A DNA stretch of 60,491 nucleotides, the filler included, from Ionaspis alba (taxonomy: Eukaryota): the NCBI GenBank assembly GCA_964255285.1. It is 11 parts of 11 records of this genome, joined end to end, with 100 filler letters (N's around TTAATTAATTAA, not from the genome) between each part and the next. Parts side by side here need not be neighbours in the genome. Positions count along the whole stretch, not along the records: positions 27,695 to 33,118 come from CAXUUL010001015.1; positions 33,219 to 38,632 come from CAXUUL010001016.1; positions 38,733 to 44,130 come from CAXUUL010001017.1; 8 more parts are not named here. One strand, written 5' to 3'. The notes beneath the pieces are model-generated. The model did not search any database. It had not been told where the DNA came from and saw nothing but the letters and a program-made list of their open reading frames with translations. Position 1 is the stretch's first letter, and each line of letters opens with the position of its first letter. Shown here one piece after another: positions 28,368-41,816 of the stretch. Made by a program: the position numbers and the translations under genes.

Positions 28368-31249
28368 TTTTTATGGGGTTTTTGGGGTTTAGGTCTGGAA
28401 TCGTAGTGGAGAGAGAGTGAATCACGTGAGGTGGAAGATAGATGATAGTGGATAGATGTATGCACAGTGTGTTATTCAACGGGCTGCGTAAGGTATTGCT
28501 GCACGTAGCGACGCTCGGGTCAGCCTGGCATGCAGCGATGGTTTGCCCTGTGCTGCGGAGAATACGAGATCGGGTGTTGAGATGCGTCAGGTGGGTAGAT
28601 AGGCGACTAGATTTTTTGTTTCTTATCTTTTCGCCAGCAATAATGTAACGGTGCTGGTGTGTTACCCTAGCCAAGGCCAAGATATGGCTTTGCTGTCAAT
28701 AATGGTGGGGTCGGCAACCAATACGAGGAGTGGGTTTGGTGATGACTGAGTTTGTGCTATCGGTGCTGATCGCGATGGATTTTGCAGTAGTTAAATGCAC
28801 TCGATGTCTGTACTGTAGGTCTGGTGGATATGAATGTCAAGCTCTTGGAACTGGAGATTGGTAAGTATCCAATTTTACTTGCCCGATTATGTTTGGTTCA
28901 ATGTTATTGATTGATATTGTATTGTGTATCTTGTCGTCGAGATTCCTTATTCTGTGAGTTGTGGCAGTAATCCTTGAACTCTTCCGAACCGCTAGAATCT
29001 GCTTTCGTCTTGGCGTAAATTGACGCAATGCACATGGGTGACATGCTACTGCATGGACAAGGTTTCACTTCTCGTGCGCTTAACGAATGCAGCAGCGGAC
29101 CACTCCGGATAGGAGGTTGTGCTCCCTTTCTAGCCTTGGCTCTGTCTCACTCAACAGATTTTGTGTCCCGTTCTTGCGAGATTGGCTCAGTTTACGAGCC
29201 TCACTTGGTTATCACGATCGATCATGAATGTACAGCGATGTATCTTTACTCTGTCTTCCTTCTTGTTCTTCAGGTGTTGTTGTCCGACAGGTGTTGTTGT
29301 GTCGCGAGATGGTTCCTCTGTCATGGATGTAGCTTGTAACTTGTCGATCCTACTGACATCCACAACAAAGGTCAACCCTGAGCTGATCAGGAACCAATTC
29401 TGACGACGTAAATTGCTCAAAACCAGGTGTGTTCAACGAACTAATAATGATGGCGAAAATTCTTTCCTTATAGTACATGACGTGGAGATTGGCGAGAGAA
29501 GGAAAAGGTTTTCCAGAATTGTCAGTGATGCACAAATGTCTTTTCCTGGATAATCTTGCATGAGTTGCGCTGCACCTCGTATTGCCAAGCATCTCCGAGT
29601 ATGCGCACGATACGTTGTGCACGAACGAGTGCATGCGACTCGCCACAATCTTGGAGCATGTCACTACGACTGTGGCACACACAACATCTGTGTCTTATCG
29701 CAGCGGGTCGATCTCTTCAGGATTTGGTTGGGCTCTTCTCAAGGTGATTCGTTCATCGTGAGTACATAGAGGATCCTTCGTGGCCGTGTTGGGCTGGCGA
29801 CCCACTTAAAACTCAGAGACCATGATTGAACCAAAGATAGCAAAGCATAAATCGTGGTTTTGACGTGGCAATGGTACGTAGAATGAATGCAAGATTGATA
29901 CGTATAGTATGCTTCCATGAGCTGTGGAATACAATGTAGGATTATGGGTTGTGGAAATGTCACTCCGACAGAAGAAACGAAATCTGGTGTTGTGTGGCTG
30001 CATCGTGCTCTCAAATCATGAGCTTTTCGATTACTCTAACGGGCAGATCTTTGCTCGAAATGTATGTAATAGCTTCACTTCACTGGGTACATGTAAATCG
30101 AAACGAGGCGTTCGAGGATAGAGACTGAACTCAAGTACCGAACACTCCAAACTGGGCAGAGTTTACGAAATTTGTGATGGGACTAAAATAGCTCGCCGTG
30201 AAGCTTGTCTTGCTAGCCAGGCACGATTTACCAGTACGATGATGCCGCGGAACTTGGTTGGGAAAGGACTCCACCGAGTCTCCCGGGCCCCCTTGCACTA
30301 AATTCGCTCGCCGTCTCTCCTAAACTGTACCCGTAAATGGTCGAAGACATGGGTAAAGCAGTCCAACGCTAAGAGAACAACACCCGGTAGAGCAATTGAT
30401 TGACCGTCTTTGAACCCCCTGAGTCCCAATAATTATTACTTCTCAGAAACACGGCAATTCAGCCTCCATCTCCTGTCCCTTCTAGCTCCTGCGCCCAATC
30501 GATCCTTCCCACTTCCCGCAAACCAGGGCCTTGCTGCATTGGGATTGGTGAGCCAGTCGAGTCACCGGCCGGAGCAGAACCAGACGAGAATTTCATCCGC
30601 TCCCTGGTTCGCTATGCTGTTTCGGCGTGCTGCCCTCTGGCTCGCTCGACTGCTTTGGGATGTCGATTCTGCTTGGATGCTGGAATCGGCGGCCTGCATC
30701 CCAGCTGGACCCGGGCGTGGATCCTTCCAGTTCTGCTGTGAGTTTTTTGGGCCCTCTCGCCCCATGCAGGTCGCGCCTGCAGGTGTGAAAGCTGCATCCT
30801 TCATGGTTGCCCTGCTTATCATGTCCCTCCCTCTCCGATCTCTCTCTCACTCTCTCTTTTTTCGCCTATTTCCCTATTGTCCTTCGTTTTCTTGGTGCTC
30901 CCGGACGCAAATATACTTGTTGTGCGTCTCTTTCTTGTACGAGCAGCAATAATTACCGTTATACATTCGTTGATATCTACGTCTTCACAATTCAGCAGAC
31001 ATAATAGTATTTGCCTGACTCTGAACTAATCCACTGTTTCGCCCGTTTACTCCCTCACAAGCATCTCACATTCGCTAGGACAAAGCTATTGTTGGTCATT
31101 GGATATCAGACCGATTAGAAGACGAGGGGCGGTGCTCGTATNNNNNNNNNNNNNNNNNNNNNNNNNNNNNNNNNNNNNNNNNNNNNNNNNNNNNNNNNNN
31201 NNNNNNNNNNNNNNNNNNNNNNNNNNNNNNNNNNNNNNNNNCCGCCAAC

Positions 31250-33118
31250 ATGAAGACTTTCAAATCCTACCTCCGTCCTGCTGAAAAGCCGAACAGCAAT
31301 GCTCCGGCACCCAATAGCGTCGAGATGGTTGCTTCACCTGTCACAACGAGCTTCTCGGAAGCACCTACACCAGCTTATTCTGGACGAGGAACACCATTCA
31401 CAGGCTCAAGACCGTCATCGATATATCCTCTAGGAGACTTCCGAAATTCGACAATGGACGATATCACGGAGATCAAGTGCGATGTCATGGTCAACTGGCT
31501 CCACAAGCAACAGATGGAAAACATGTGGACAAATGGAGGCGTTGGAGAGGGCGTCGTCCTGAAAAAAGCTCGAGACTCGTACACATGTTGTCCGAGAGAT
31601 TTGGAGGACTACAGGGGAGAATTCTTCGATGCCGTATCACGGCTAAACGTCAAGGTAGACCATCTCTCACGGCTTGATTATCGGAACAGTCCGGCTAAAG
31701 TGATACTGCTAGGTCGCCATGACAGTTAACACAAGAGTCATCAAGTTGTTCCTAAGACGGCAAGATCTGGCATACGTCCCTCTCAAGGACGGACTACACC
31801 TGCAAATCCTGCCTAGCATTTCCTTCCTACCCACCTGCCAGAAGCATCATTTCGCAGCTTTCATTCAAGATGCAGGAGTCTTAGTTGTATGGGACGACGA
31901 GCCCAAGCATCTTCTGGTTAGAGCAAAGCACATTGAGGCCCAGTTGATGAAGATGATATGGAGTGAGGCAGATGATGCACCTTATGACGAGAAGGAGAAC
32001 AAGGGCGGAGATGTCGCTGTCAATGAAGTTCCTGCTGAGGATGGAATCGATGGCGAGGACCTGGAATTGCGATCGAGCAAACCGAGGAAACTTGTTCTCA
32101 TTCAGGCTATCCTGTGTGCTCTGACGTTGATCATCACGATTGCTGCGATCGGAAGTGGATGGCGGCAAATTGCCATCGAGGTCAAAGTTGATATGGCTAT
32201 GCTACGTCTTGCATTTATCCTCGTTGTTCCTCTTCAGATTTGGCTCGCTTTGGTAAGCTATCTCGAATGCCATTCTTCGATCAGTAGAACTGACAGAATC
32301 ATCATAGTTCTTCATGCAGTCTGTCATCGGCAGTCTTGCTCAGATTCTCGGACCTATCAGTCAGATGAACGAAAACTCAAAATTCTACTCTGGTGTTCGC
32401 CCAGTACGAATCCGGACTGCTGTTCTGCCTCACGTCACCATCCAATGCCCAGTCTACAAGGAAGGTCTATACGCCGTTATCGAGCCTACCATCAGATCCA
32501 TCAAAGCTGCGATCTCAACTTATGAAATGCAAGGCGGTACCGCCAACATCTTCGTCAACGATGATGGTATGCAGATTATCGACCCCGAAGACGCTCAAGC
32601 AAGGCGAGACTTCTACGACGAGCACAACATCGGATGGGTCGCTCGTCCCAAGCACACTCCTTTTCCCGCCAATGGCGAGAAAGGATTCATTCGTGCTGGC
32701 AAATTCAAGAAGGCCTCCAACATGAACTATGCACTTGCTGTCAGTGCCCGTTGCGAAGACAAACTCGCAAGGATTCAACGACCCCACACCTGGACCCAGG
32801 AAGAAGAGCTCGAATCCTACCGCCGATGCCTCGACGAAGTAATCGTCGAAGACGAAGGCCGAACATGGGCTGAAGGCAACGTCCGTGTCGGCGACTACAT
32901 CCTCCTCATCGACTCCGACACCCGTGTCCCCGATGACTGCTTCCTAGACGCCGTCAGCGAAATGGAGCAATCCCCCGAAGTCGCCATCATCCAGTTCAGC
33001 TCCGGCGTCATGAACGTGACGGAGAGCTTCTTTGAAAACGGCATCACCTTCTTCACAAACCTCATCTACACTGCCATTTCCTTCGCCGTCGCTTGCGGGG
33101 ATGTTGCTCCTTTCGTCG
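31250..33118 (+). CDS. Membrane glycosyltransferase family 2 protein (3'-truncated by scaffold end)
   Basis: Two TM helices, then HVTIQCPVYKE, VNDDG, FKKASNMN and ILLIDSDTRVP. Introns near 31655-31712 and 32252-32307. Confidence 0.88.
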
Positions 33119-33218
33119 NNNNNNNNNNNNNNNNNNNNNNNNNNNNNNNNNNNNNNNNNNNNTTAATTAATTAANNNNNNNNNNNNNNNNNNNNNNNNNN
33201 NNNNNNNNNNNNNNNNNN

Positions 33219-34377
33219 ACCCTCAGCCTCCGGCCCCCTTCTCTCCGACCTCCCCAACATCCGACAAACCTCTCGTCCCACCTCGCACAACCCCTCCCGC
33301 ACCAACTCACCGGCCCCCAAGACAAAAGTTGCCCTCTCAGGCGGTACGCCCATGCACGGCGCCTCCACCACCATCTCTGACCTCGACTCCGCGATCCGCA
33401 CTCTCGAAGCCCAAACAAATCCCACTCTCACCAACCTCAGCACAAGCGCTGCCCGAGCCTGTGATTGTCAAGCAACTCGGCACGCTCTCCTGGCCGCAGC
33501 GCCGAACTGCCTCAACTGCGGCAAGATCATCTGCGTAAAAGAAGGACTGGGCCCTTGCACATTCTGCAACACGCCGTTGCTTTCATCAAGCGAAATCCAG
33601 GCTATGATCCGCTCTCTGCGCGAAGAGCGCGGCAAAGAGCGACAAGATCTCAACAACGCCGCTCAGCGACGTCCCGACGTTTCCAAAACACCACGCCCTT
33701 TCCAGTCCTCCTCCTCAGGATCAAACACTCCGATTCCCAATCCCTCGTCCACAGCACCATCAGAAGATGCCTCTCTTGCCTTAGCGAAGCAGCACCGCGA
33801 CAAGCTTCTCTCATACCAAGCGCAGAACGCGCGCCGTACACGCGTGATTGACGAGGCTGCGGATTTTGAAACGCCGAGTTCGGGACTCAGTGCGTGGAGT
33901 AGTCCCGTGGAGAGGGCGCAGCAGCTGAAGAAGCAGCAGAGGGTGCTGAGGGAGTTGGAGTGGAATGCCAAGCCCGAATGGGAGAAGAGGAGGGTGGTTG
34001 TTAGTGTGGATTTGGTGGGGGGGAAGGTGGTGAGGAGGATGGGAGAGGTGGAGAGAGAGGATGTGGGTGGTGCAGAGGGGGATGAGGAGGAGGGGGTTGA
34101 GGTGATGGACGATGGTGGTAAGGTGGAGGGGAAGGGGACTGGCGCTTTTGGAAGGAACCCGCTGCTGGGGGGTTTAATTAGACCCGTTTGGAGGGAGGGA
34201 AAAGGGAAGGAGAGGGCGGATGGGGGAGAGGAGAAGGAGAATAGCTCGAGCAGGAGTACGTGGAGGAGAGTACAGGATGATGAGGATGATAATGAGGCGT
34301 GGATACTGGATGGAGGTGTGTATGGTGGGAGGGAGGATGAGAGAATCTTGGGTGACGAGGAGCATGCTCATGGATAG
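33219..34377 (+). CDS. C2HC5 zinc-finger protein (ASC-1/TRIP4/Rqt4-like), 5'-truncated
   Basis: CDCQATRH...PNCLNCGKIIC...GPCTFC and HRDKLLSYQ...RTRVIDEAADF. Confidence 0.88.
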
Positions 34378-34765
34378 ATATCACAGTGCATTTAGACGAC
34401 TTGATATATTGTGACTTCAATAGAGATTGTTGGCTACTCAAATTCTCATTACACGACTGTCAAGTATTATGATTTCTCCCAGGGGAACATCCTCGATACG
34501 AAGTCGACAACATAAAACAGAGATTAAGTATGCTATGCAGTCATTTAGTAAGTCCGCTCTCCTTCCTCCATACTGTTTCATCGTCATCCTGTCGTTTCCA
34601 TCGTCCATACCCAGCATCCAACCTTTTTCTCCTATCCTCAAACAACTTATACAAGATCATTTTATACACCTGCAAGCAAAAGCTCAAATCATATCCTCCA
34701 TTACTTTTCTCTTTCTCAGCATCCACTCCTCTCCAAACACTCCCAGTAACGTACTTCAGCTCACC

Positions 34766-37700
34766 TCAGATGCTCACTCTTCCTTCTTCTCTCAGTAAAC
34801 ACATCCTCATTTCCTTCGCCCTCTTCTTATCTGTAACCAATAGTCCCCTCCCTCCAAGAACACCCATCAGCGTCTCAATTGTTTTCTCAAAACTCGACTT
34901 TGCCCCCTTCTCCTGCGTAAAACGTACAACACAGAGATTGGCTTTTCGACCGCGGTTGAAAATAGGGAAGAATTCGCCGGCAAGCGAGACTGGTTTGATG
35001 TTGAGAACTGTTTGAGAAGATGAGTGACGTGGTCAGTCACTCGATGAATCAAAGGAAGAGAAGAGCACGTTGGGTGCCAAGAAAAGATGCGCGGAGAAGT
35101 GCGTAGCAGATGTATGACTCACGATTCTCCTCCCCGACTCTCGCCCAAATCCTTCCACCAGGCTTATCGACAACAATATCGCGCATGCCATGTCTGCGCC
35201 AAGCCATGAATATACCAGTAATTTCCCTTCTCGCTCGTGCAGTCGAGACCTGAAAAGCGAAGATCCGAGTCGCGGGCTTGATGTGCAAGAACCGAGCGAG
35301 CCAATTCTGTGGTTGAGGTTGGATAGAGCGATTGGCGACCAACTCTTCGGGTTGAGGACGACCGCGACGTGCGTCACGAGAGAAGCTGACGGTGCTATTG
35401 TTGGTGAGGGCGCCGCTCATCCATGCAGCAGAGGTGGTGCTGGCATGGTCGATGCTGTCGTTGTCGTCGATTTCACGACCTGCGATGGTAGTCAGTATTT
35501 GCGCTTGTACTTTGTAACAACGTGAGCATATCAAGCGTACCATTTAACGCCAACTCGGAAGGTTTCTTTGTTTCCTTGGAATCGCGCTTGCTAAAGATAT
35601 TGAAGAATCTGACTCTTGCACTAGGCTTCTCCTTCTTCTTCTCGCTTTCGGCAGATGCATTGCTAGGATTGCTAGGAACATCACTAGCTCTCTTCCTGCT
35701 TTGTGCCTCATTTGACGATTCCCATACCGGCGATCGACCGTCTTTCATTGGAGGTGTAGGGGCACGGTCACTCTCGATACTCTTTGGTCTTGGTTGCATT
35801 CGTTTAAACCAAATCCTCTTCTTGCTGTCCCCAGATGATCGCTTGGAAGCTCTGGGGTCCTCGTTCTCTTTGTCCTCGTCTTCTTCGATGGGTTCGAGTT
35901 GACGTTCAAGGAGACTGAGGCCCACAGAATTTTCATTGTAGAAACCCAACCTGGACTGAGGTCGAGTTGCTCGGTCACTGGGTACAATCTGTGGTGCTTG
36001 GGTGGTCGGACGAAACTCGTTGACTGGCGGTGCTCTAGCGGTAGGACGAGGATCCGTGAGCCGTTCCTTAGAGAGTCGAATGTGAAGGCTTTGTTCGGTC
36101 GGGACTGTAGAGTCGCTCTTCTTACGAATGACCAACGGAGGAACTCGCAGACTGGAGTCCTCTCTCACAATTCTTATGGACGGTCTGTCTCTGTTGTATT
36201 GTCTCTTTGTCGGCGAGCGGTCGTTGGCATCATTACGATGTGAAGTCGGATCAGAAGCAGCACGATAATCTTGTTGCCGTCGCCGAGAAGACGCCATGCC
36301 AAACCGCCGCAAATCTTCGTCTTCTTCTCTGACAGGTGAGAGAAAACCACAATTTGAATCTGGTGCCGAGGAGATACGTTTGTCGGAGTCGGGATCGTGA
36401 GGCCGTTGGCGCGATGGTTCCATCAAGCGGTCCAGTTGAGCAAAGACGTCGTCAAGGGCCCCTGGTGCGAGCTTCGCTGCTTGTTGTTCCAGCTTCTTCC
36501 TTGCTGCGGCCAGTTCTATCTGCGTGCGTGAACGACTGAGTTCACCTCTTGGAGGCTCAGGTAGAGGCCGCTTGTTGAGGATTTCTTTGTCAATACTGTT
36601 CTTGACTCGAAGCGGTCTGATCACAGCTTCGGCAGGCTCTGACGGATCAACGATTTGTGTACCTGGAGAATTGTCCCGTGAAGTGGCACGCTCAATTTTT
36701 GACGTGACTTGCTTGGGTAGACTCGACGCAGCAGGAGAATCTGAGAATGCTTGATCGCAAAATCTTGCAAGCTCATTGCTAACTATTCTTGCTTCATCCT
36801 TCCAAAACCCACTATTTCGATTCTTCTGCTTTGCGGTTTCCGTTATGAGGTCGTCGTACGCTTTCGCTTCTCTTTCCTTTCGTGAGTGAACAACAGGAGA
36901 AGTCGTGATTTGTGGACTAGGGTTTTCGGTCAGAAAAGTAGGGCTAGAACTGCTGTGCTGCGAACGATGGTGCTTTCTTGGAGGGATTTCGGGCGGAGCA
37001 GAAGCTCTCGTGTTTGGATTCATTCCACTCGCCGAACGTTTGCGTGGATTGAAAACAACGTTGCGTTTGTAACTTATAGACTTGCATATCACTGAGCTTT
37101 CGCGGCGGCGCTGGGAGCTCACAATTGAGCTTCGAGAGAAGTTCCTTCGGGAGCTATCTATCGAATATCTGCCACTTTGACCATAATTGGTTGGAAGCGG
37201 TGGCGGAGAGCTCGAGATATCATAGAAGTCTGCATCCTCTTGGAGTCGAGCAACGGCTGGATGAAGCATGGAAGGACCATGGTTTTGGACCCGACGTCTT
37301 TGAGAAGCGCCAGAAGCATTACGGAGCACCGTAATGTTCGCATAGTCCGCATGAGGATTGGTGATTTGGTAACGGGAAGGCCTATAGAGGTCGTAGCTTT
37401 GTTCAGTCCCGGCCTCGCTCGGAAGGCGACGAGAGCTCTGGCTGGTGCGTCGCACGTTGTCGCTCATGAGAGAGAACTGCGAACGACGTCGATTCTGACC
37501 GTACGCTTGCAAGCTCATTCGTGTAGAGGACCTCCTCATAATAGGCTTTGCTACGTGATGGTAGTCGCTTCCTGACACCTCGATAGGTGGCCCTTGATAG
37601 TTCTCCAGCTGCTCATCCCGAAACTTGATGAGATTATGATAAAAGACCTTTTCATAGTTGGGTCTAAATGTGCATTAGTCTTGCAGTACTACTAGAAATA

Positions 37701-38632
37701 CAAACCTCTCATGGCATCGAGTTGACAAGACTTACTGATCAGACAATATCTGCGCCATCAGAGCTTCCTCGGTACTCGAGTGCCATAGTGTACACAGACT
37801 CCTTAACAGCTCTCTATCAATCTCGTTGCGGTTCTTGATCGGTGGGCCACAGTCATCTGCCGTCAACTGTGGCGTGGGACCACCAATCCAGCTTGATGCA
37901 TGCCTAGGGTGTCGAGTAAAGGCTTCATACCTTCGCAAGAGGGGATGTCGCCACATTTGCTCGATTGCAATACGTTTCTTCGGGTTCTGTTGCAACATTC
38001 TCACGATCATGTCCTCAGCTTCTTCACTGATGCTATCAGGGTAGTAGACGTCGCCTCTTAGAACCTCGTTCAGCACATCCCTGACGTCTTCATCCTCTGC
38101 GCCGGTTCCGAATGGCAAGGTTCCACACAACATCACGTACAAGACAACTCCACAAGACCAGATGTCGGCACGATCGCCTCTATATTTTCTGCCCTCGGCG
38201 ATCTCCGGCGACGCGTAGTGAGGACTACCGCACGATGTCTCCAATAACTTGCCGGGAGGCTGCAAGGCAGCCATGCCAAAGTCGACCAGCTTGACATTTA
38301 GATTGGAATCCAGTAAAATATTTTCAGGCTTGATATCTCTATGACAAATATTGAATCGATGGCAGTAAGCAAGTCCTGAGATAATCTGGCGGAAGATGCG
38401 AACAGCTTCCTGCTCTGCAAGACATTTATGCATGAGGATATAGTCGAAGAGCTCGCCTCCCTCGACGCGTTCGAGCACAAGATATCTAAGATATTGATCA
38501 GGAAGAGAGCATACAGATTCTGTTTAGAATGACTTACAGCTCGCCTCTGTTCTCCCAGACGTCGTAAAGGCTGATTATATTAGGATGCTCAATCAACTTC
38601 ATGATGACAACCTCCCGTTCGATACCTGAGGG
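34766..38632 (-). CDS. GIN4: Nim1/CAMKL septin-associated Ser/Thr kinase (Gin4/Hsl1-like), 5'-truncated
   Basis: GIEREVVIMKLIEHP, HRDIKPEN, DFGMA, TSCGSPHYASPE, a long disordered middle and a KA1-like C-terminus (QNWLARFLHIKP...FTQEKGAKSSF). Confidence 0.85.
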
Positions 38633-39713
38633 NNNNNNNNNNNNNNNNNNNNNNNNNNNNNNNNNNNNNNNNNNNNTTAATTAATTAANNNNNNNNNNNN
38701 NNNNNNNNNNNNNNNNNNNNNNNNNNNNNNNNGGAGAAAAGGGATTCTTAGAAGTGGGCTTGCTCATCTCTCGGATGACCTGTTGTTCGTGGAGCTAGGC
38801 CAGTGGGACCTGAAACAACGAGATCCGCAAGCTCGACTTCAATCCGAAAGTCTCCCCAAGTCTGGCAGTAGAACTTAAATCAGAACAGCCTCAGCCTCTG
38901 GTCACAGTAGCAGACCGGATTTGGGCACGTGTTAGGTCAGGAAAGACAAAGAAGATCGTCTCTGCCGAAGAGGGAAAGGTTATTGCAGGGTGGAAGAAAA
39001 GGCCTGTCAGCTTGGGTCATGGCCTGAGGGGATTGAGCTCTTGGAATCATGCAAATAGCCTGAAGTTTAGACACGTAAAGGCTATGAGACATCAATCATC
39101 TTGACTCGATGAAGATACGATCCTTCACAGATATCCATTAATTTGTAGAGAGCCGGTGGGTGGACTGAAATAGGACGCACCCGTGTCAAGACTCTTGCTA
39201 ACTCATTCAACATTGGAAAGCACCTATTTGCGGGCTGTCACTTCATTTTAGGGAGAGGCATCCCCAGGACTAAGTGACAGGACCAGAAATACCGAAGGGA
39301 CCGTAACAGCTTCCAGCTTGGCTTCCCCTACAATATCCGCAGAACTGGACACAGAAGCTGAATAATTTTCTCACACTCCAAGGTTAAGAAAGAGACTCTC
39401 TGAATACTGATCCTTCATTGCCACCGCGACCGTCGCGTACTCTATTCGATCATGTCCAGGCTTTCCGAATCATAAACCTTCTAGTAATCTGTGGGCCAAT
39501 GCTTCTAAAATGATGCGACTCGGATTACATGAGACTGACACCCGCGTCGGGTCCTTTCAATCGTACAAAGGCCATGGTTGTACTGGTCAAAAGGACATGG
39601 CCGTTTTGGGAACTCATACAAAGCACGTACGCAAATATTCGTGGCCCTTTAAAGACGATGGATGAGCCTCGTGCTTTCATCAGTATCGTTGAATCCTATA
39701 AGCAATTGCCAAA

Positions 39714-41315
39714 ATGGAGAGTCTACCGGACGAGCTCGTACTCAATATCTTCAAACATGCCGAACCACACGTTATAAAAGCTCTTCGTCTCGCGGGTCGG
39801 CGATACAGTCGAATAGGGTTCGATAGTCTCTTTGGGAAACTTAGGCTTCTCATGATCGGCCATGACATGAGAAAAATCATGGACCTTTGTCGGCCAGAGA
39901 ATGACCTTCTGACCGATGCTGTAACGTCATTATATATCGAGGCAGATCAGCCCCGGAGTAACACCATGGACGACCCTGACGGCGCGGAAAGGTGGGAATG
40001 GTCGATTGATCTGAGAAACAAGCCCCAACTGCCGCCCTTTCCAAATCCGACATGGCAACAACAGCTGAACTACTTTTGGTTGCTAGCCCGATACCATCGG
40101 ACACCGAGACACTCTTTCTCGCCGTCCCAGCTCGACGAGCATTGGGAATATCATAACCGACTTTTCATTGACGAATACATAGGTGCGACAAGGCTACCTA
40201 ACATCAGGCTGCCGCAATTTGTGGTTCTTTGTACACGCCTTCGACGACTCAAGACTCTTACAATCGACCTCAATAGTACCTTTGAACCACAGAGCGTTCG
40301 GTCTCATGAGCTGTTTGATCCTGCATTGGGCCCGCGGTCAAAAGTTCCAAAATGGACATTCTGGTTAGTTGATCAACTCTTAAGAGAATTGTCTTGGTCC
40401 CAAAATTTCAGTCTCGAGAATCTTTTTGTCGGTCCGGGCTACTGGGAACATCTCCATGGCATAGGAGAGGGACTGAAAAATAGCTACGCACAAAGCTGCC
40501 AGAACTTGCGACGCATAACACTCTACATACAGATAGCGCCTCTACATCAGGGTCAATATGCAGTGCATCAGAATGTTGCCCATTGCTACCAATTTCTTAA
40601 GGCAGGTCAGATCAAAAGGTGGCTTGAGGCCGCACCGAAACTGCGTGAGATCCGTCTCGAATTCTTGATTCCATTTGATGCAGTGGAACGGCCACCGCTC
40701 AACGATGCGCTTCTCAAAGATCCATACACTGACAGTTACGGGGCCCGGATGCAAGACATATTTGCCAAGAATTGCAGGTTCTATAATCTTCGAACTCTGG
40801 CTCTAGCTAGAGTAGAATGCACCGAGTCAGAATTCCTTGACTTCGTTAGCCGACATCAGAGTACACTGACACGTGTTGAACTGGACAACATCTTGTTAAG
40901 CGAGGGTACCTGGATCGGTCTTTTCGGCAAGCTCCGTGATATCATCACCCTGACAGATATTAAGTTAGCAGGAACGTTCTATTCAAAGGTTGATAAAGAA
41001 GCCTGGAGCTTGAAAAACGAAACAGACGACATATTCAACCAAACGGCATGGAATCGAACACAAGAACTCCAGGACTGGATCTGTAGACGAGGCGTTTGGG
41101 CCGGGGAAGGTCCAAACCTCGAAGATCAGTATAGTTGGAAGACCCTCCTGGCTCTGCCACCTGGAGTGCGACCGCAAGATGATATAGAGTTTCTAGCCAT
41201 TTTCGGCCGGGACCGAGAGACCGAGCTGCGAAAACGTCCATTGACTGAAGGGTGGAAGTACCGGCCTAGTGAGAGAGCGCAGATGCGCCTAGAGGAGGCG
41301 CTAAATGAGGAATGA
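39714..41315 (+). CDS. F-box protein with LRR/RNI-like C-terminus, single exon
   Basis: N-terminal MESLPDELVLNIFKH...LRLAGRRY F-box; LRTLALARV, LTRVELDNI leucine-rich repeats. Confidence 0.75.
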   Translation: MESLPDELVLNIFKHAEPHVIKALRLAGRRYSRIGFDSLFGKLRLLMIGHDMRKIMDLCRPENDLLTDAVTSLYIEADQPRSNTMDDPDGAERWEWSIDLRNKPQLPPFPNPTWQQQLNYFWLLARYHRTPRHSFSPSQLDEHWEYHNRLFIDEYIGATRLPNIRLPQFVVLCTRLRRLKTLTIDLNSTFEPQSVRSHELFDPALGPRSKVPKWTFWLVDQLLRELSWSQNFSLENLFVGPGYWEHLHGIGEGLKNSYAQSCQNLRRITLYIQIAPLHQGQYAVHQNVAHCYQFLKAGQIKRWLEAAPKLREIRLEFLIPFDAVERPPLNDALLKDPYTDSYGARMQDIFAKNCRFYNLRTLALARVECTESEFLDFVSRHQSTLTRVELDNILLSEGTWIGLFGKLRDIITLTDIKLAGTFYSKVDKEAWSLKNETDDIFNQTAWNRTQELQDWICRRGVWAGEGPNLEDQYSWKTLLALPPGVRPQDDIEFLAIFGRDRETELRKRPLTEGWKYRPSERAQMRLEEALNEE

Positions 41316-41816
41316 GATGGAAGAATAGATAATTGACCCACAGCTCTGNNNNNNNNNNNNNNNNNNNNNNNNNNNNNNNNNNNNNNNNNNNNNNNNNNNN
41401 NNNNNNNNNNNNNNNNNNNNNNNNNNNNNNNNNNNNNNNNNNNNNNNNACAATTGAGCCGATAGGGCAAGTTTCTCTTGGGGCTTGGCTAGCGCCCAACG
41501 ACCCTCATTGGTCACGATGGGAAGGTCACAATAGGAGCAGGCATGAGCATCACCATGCAACGCATGTGCAAGACCGATATCTCCTTCAATTGACAGTCAT
41601 GATTCTACGATAACGGTATTACTGACACTCCTTCGCATTCGAGATCCCCAATCCTGCAGCTACGTGCACCAATATCATTAACCCCACCACAAATTAGCCA
41701 AAACGCCCACCAACAACTCTCCCTACCCCAACCCACGGTTCAGCACCTCGACTATACACATATCGGTCCTAAACCGTCCTTTCCTATCCCTTCACCTCAG
41801 CCACAAGCTCATAACC

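Noticed and set aside
22167..33118. Apparent lipid/cell-wall gene cluster (FAT1, cutinase, GT2)
   Set aside because: GT2 is on a different scaffold. FAT1 and cutinase are linked, but two genes are not enough to call a cluster.
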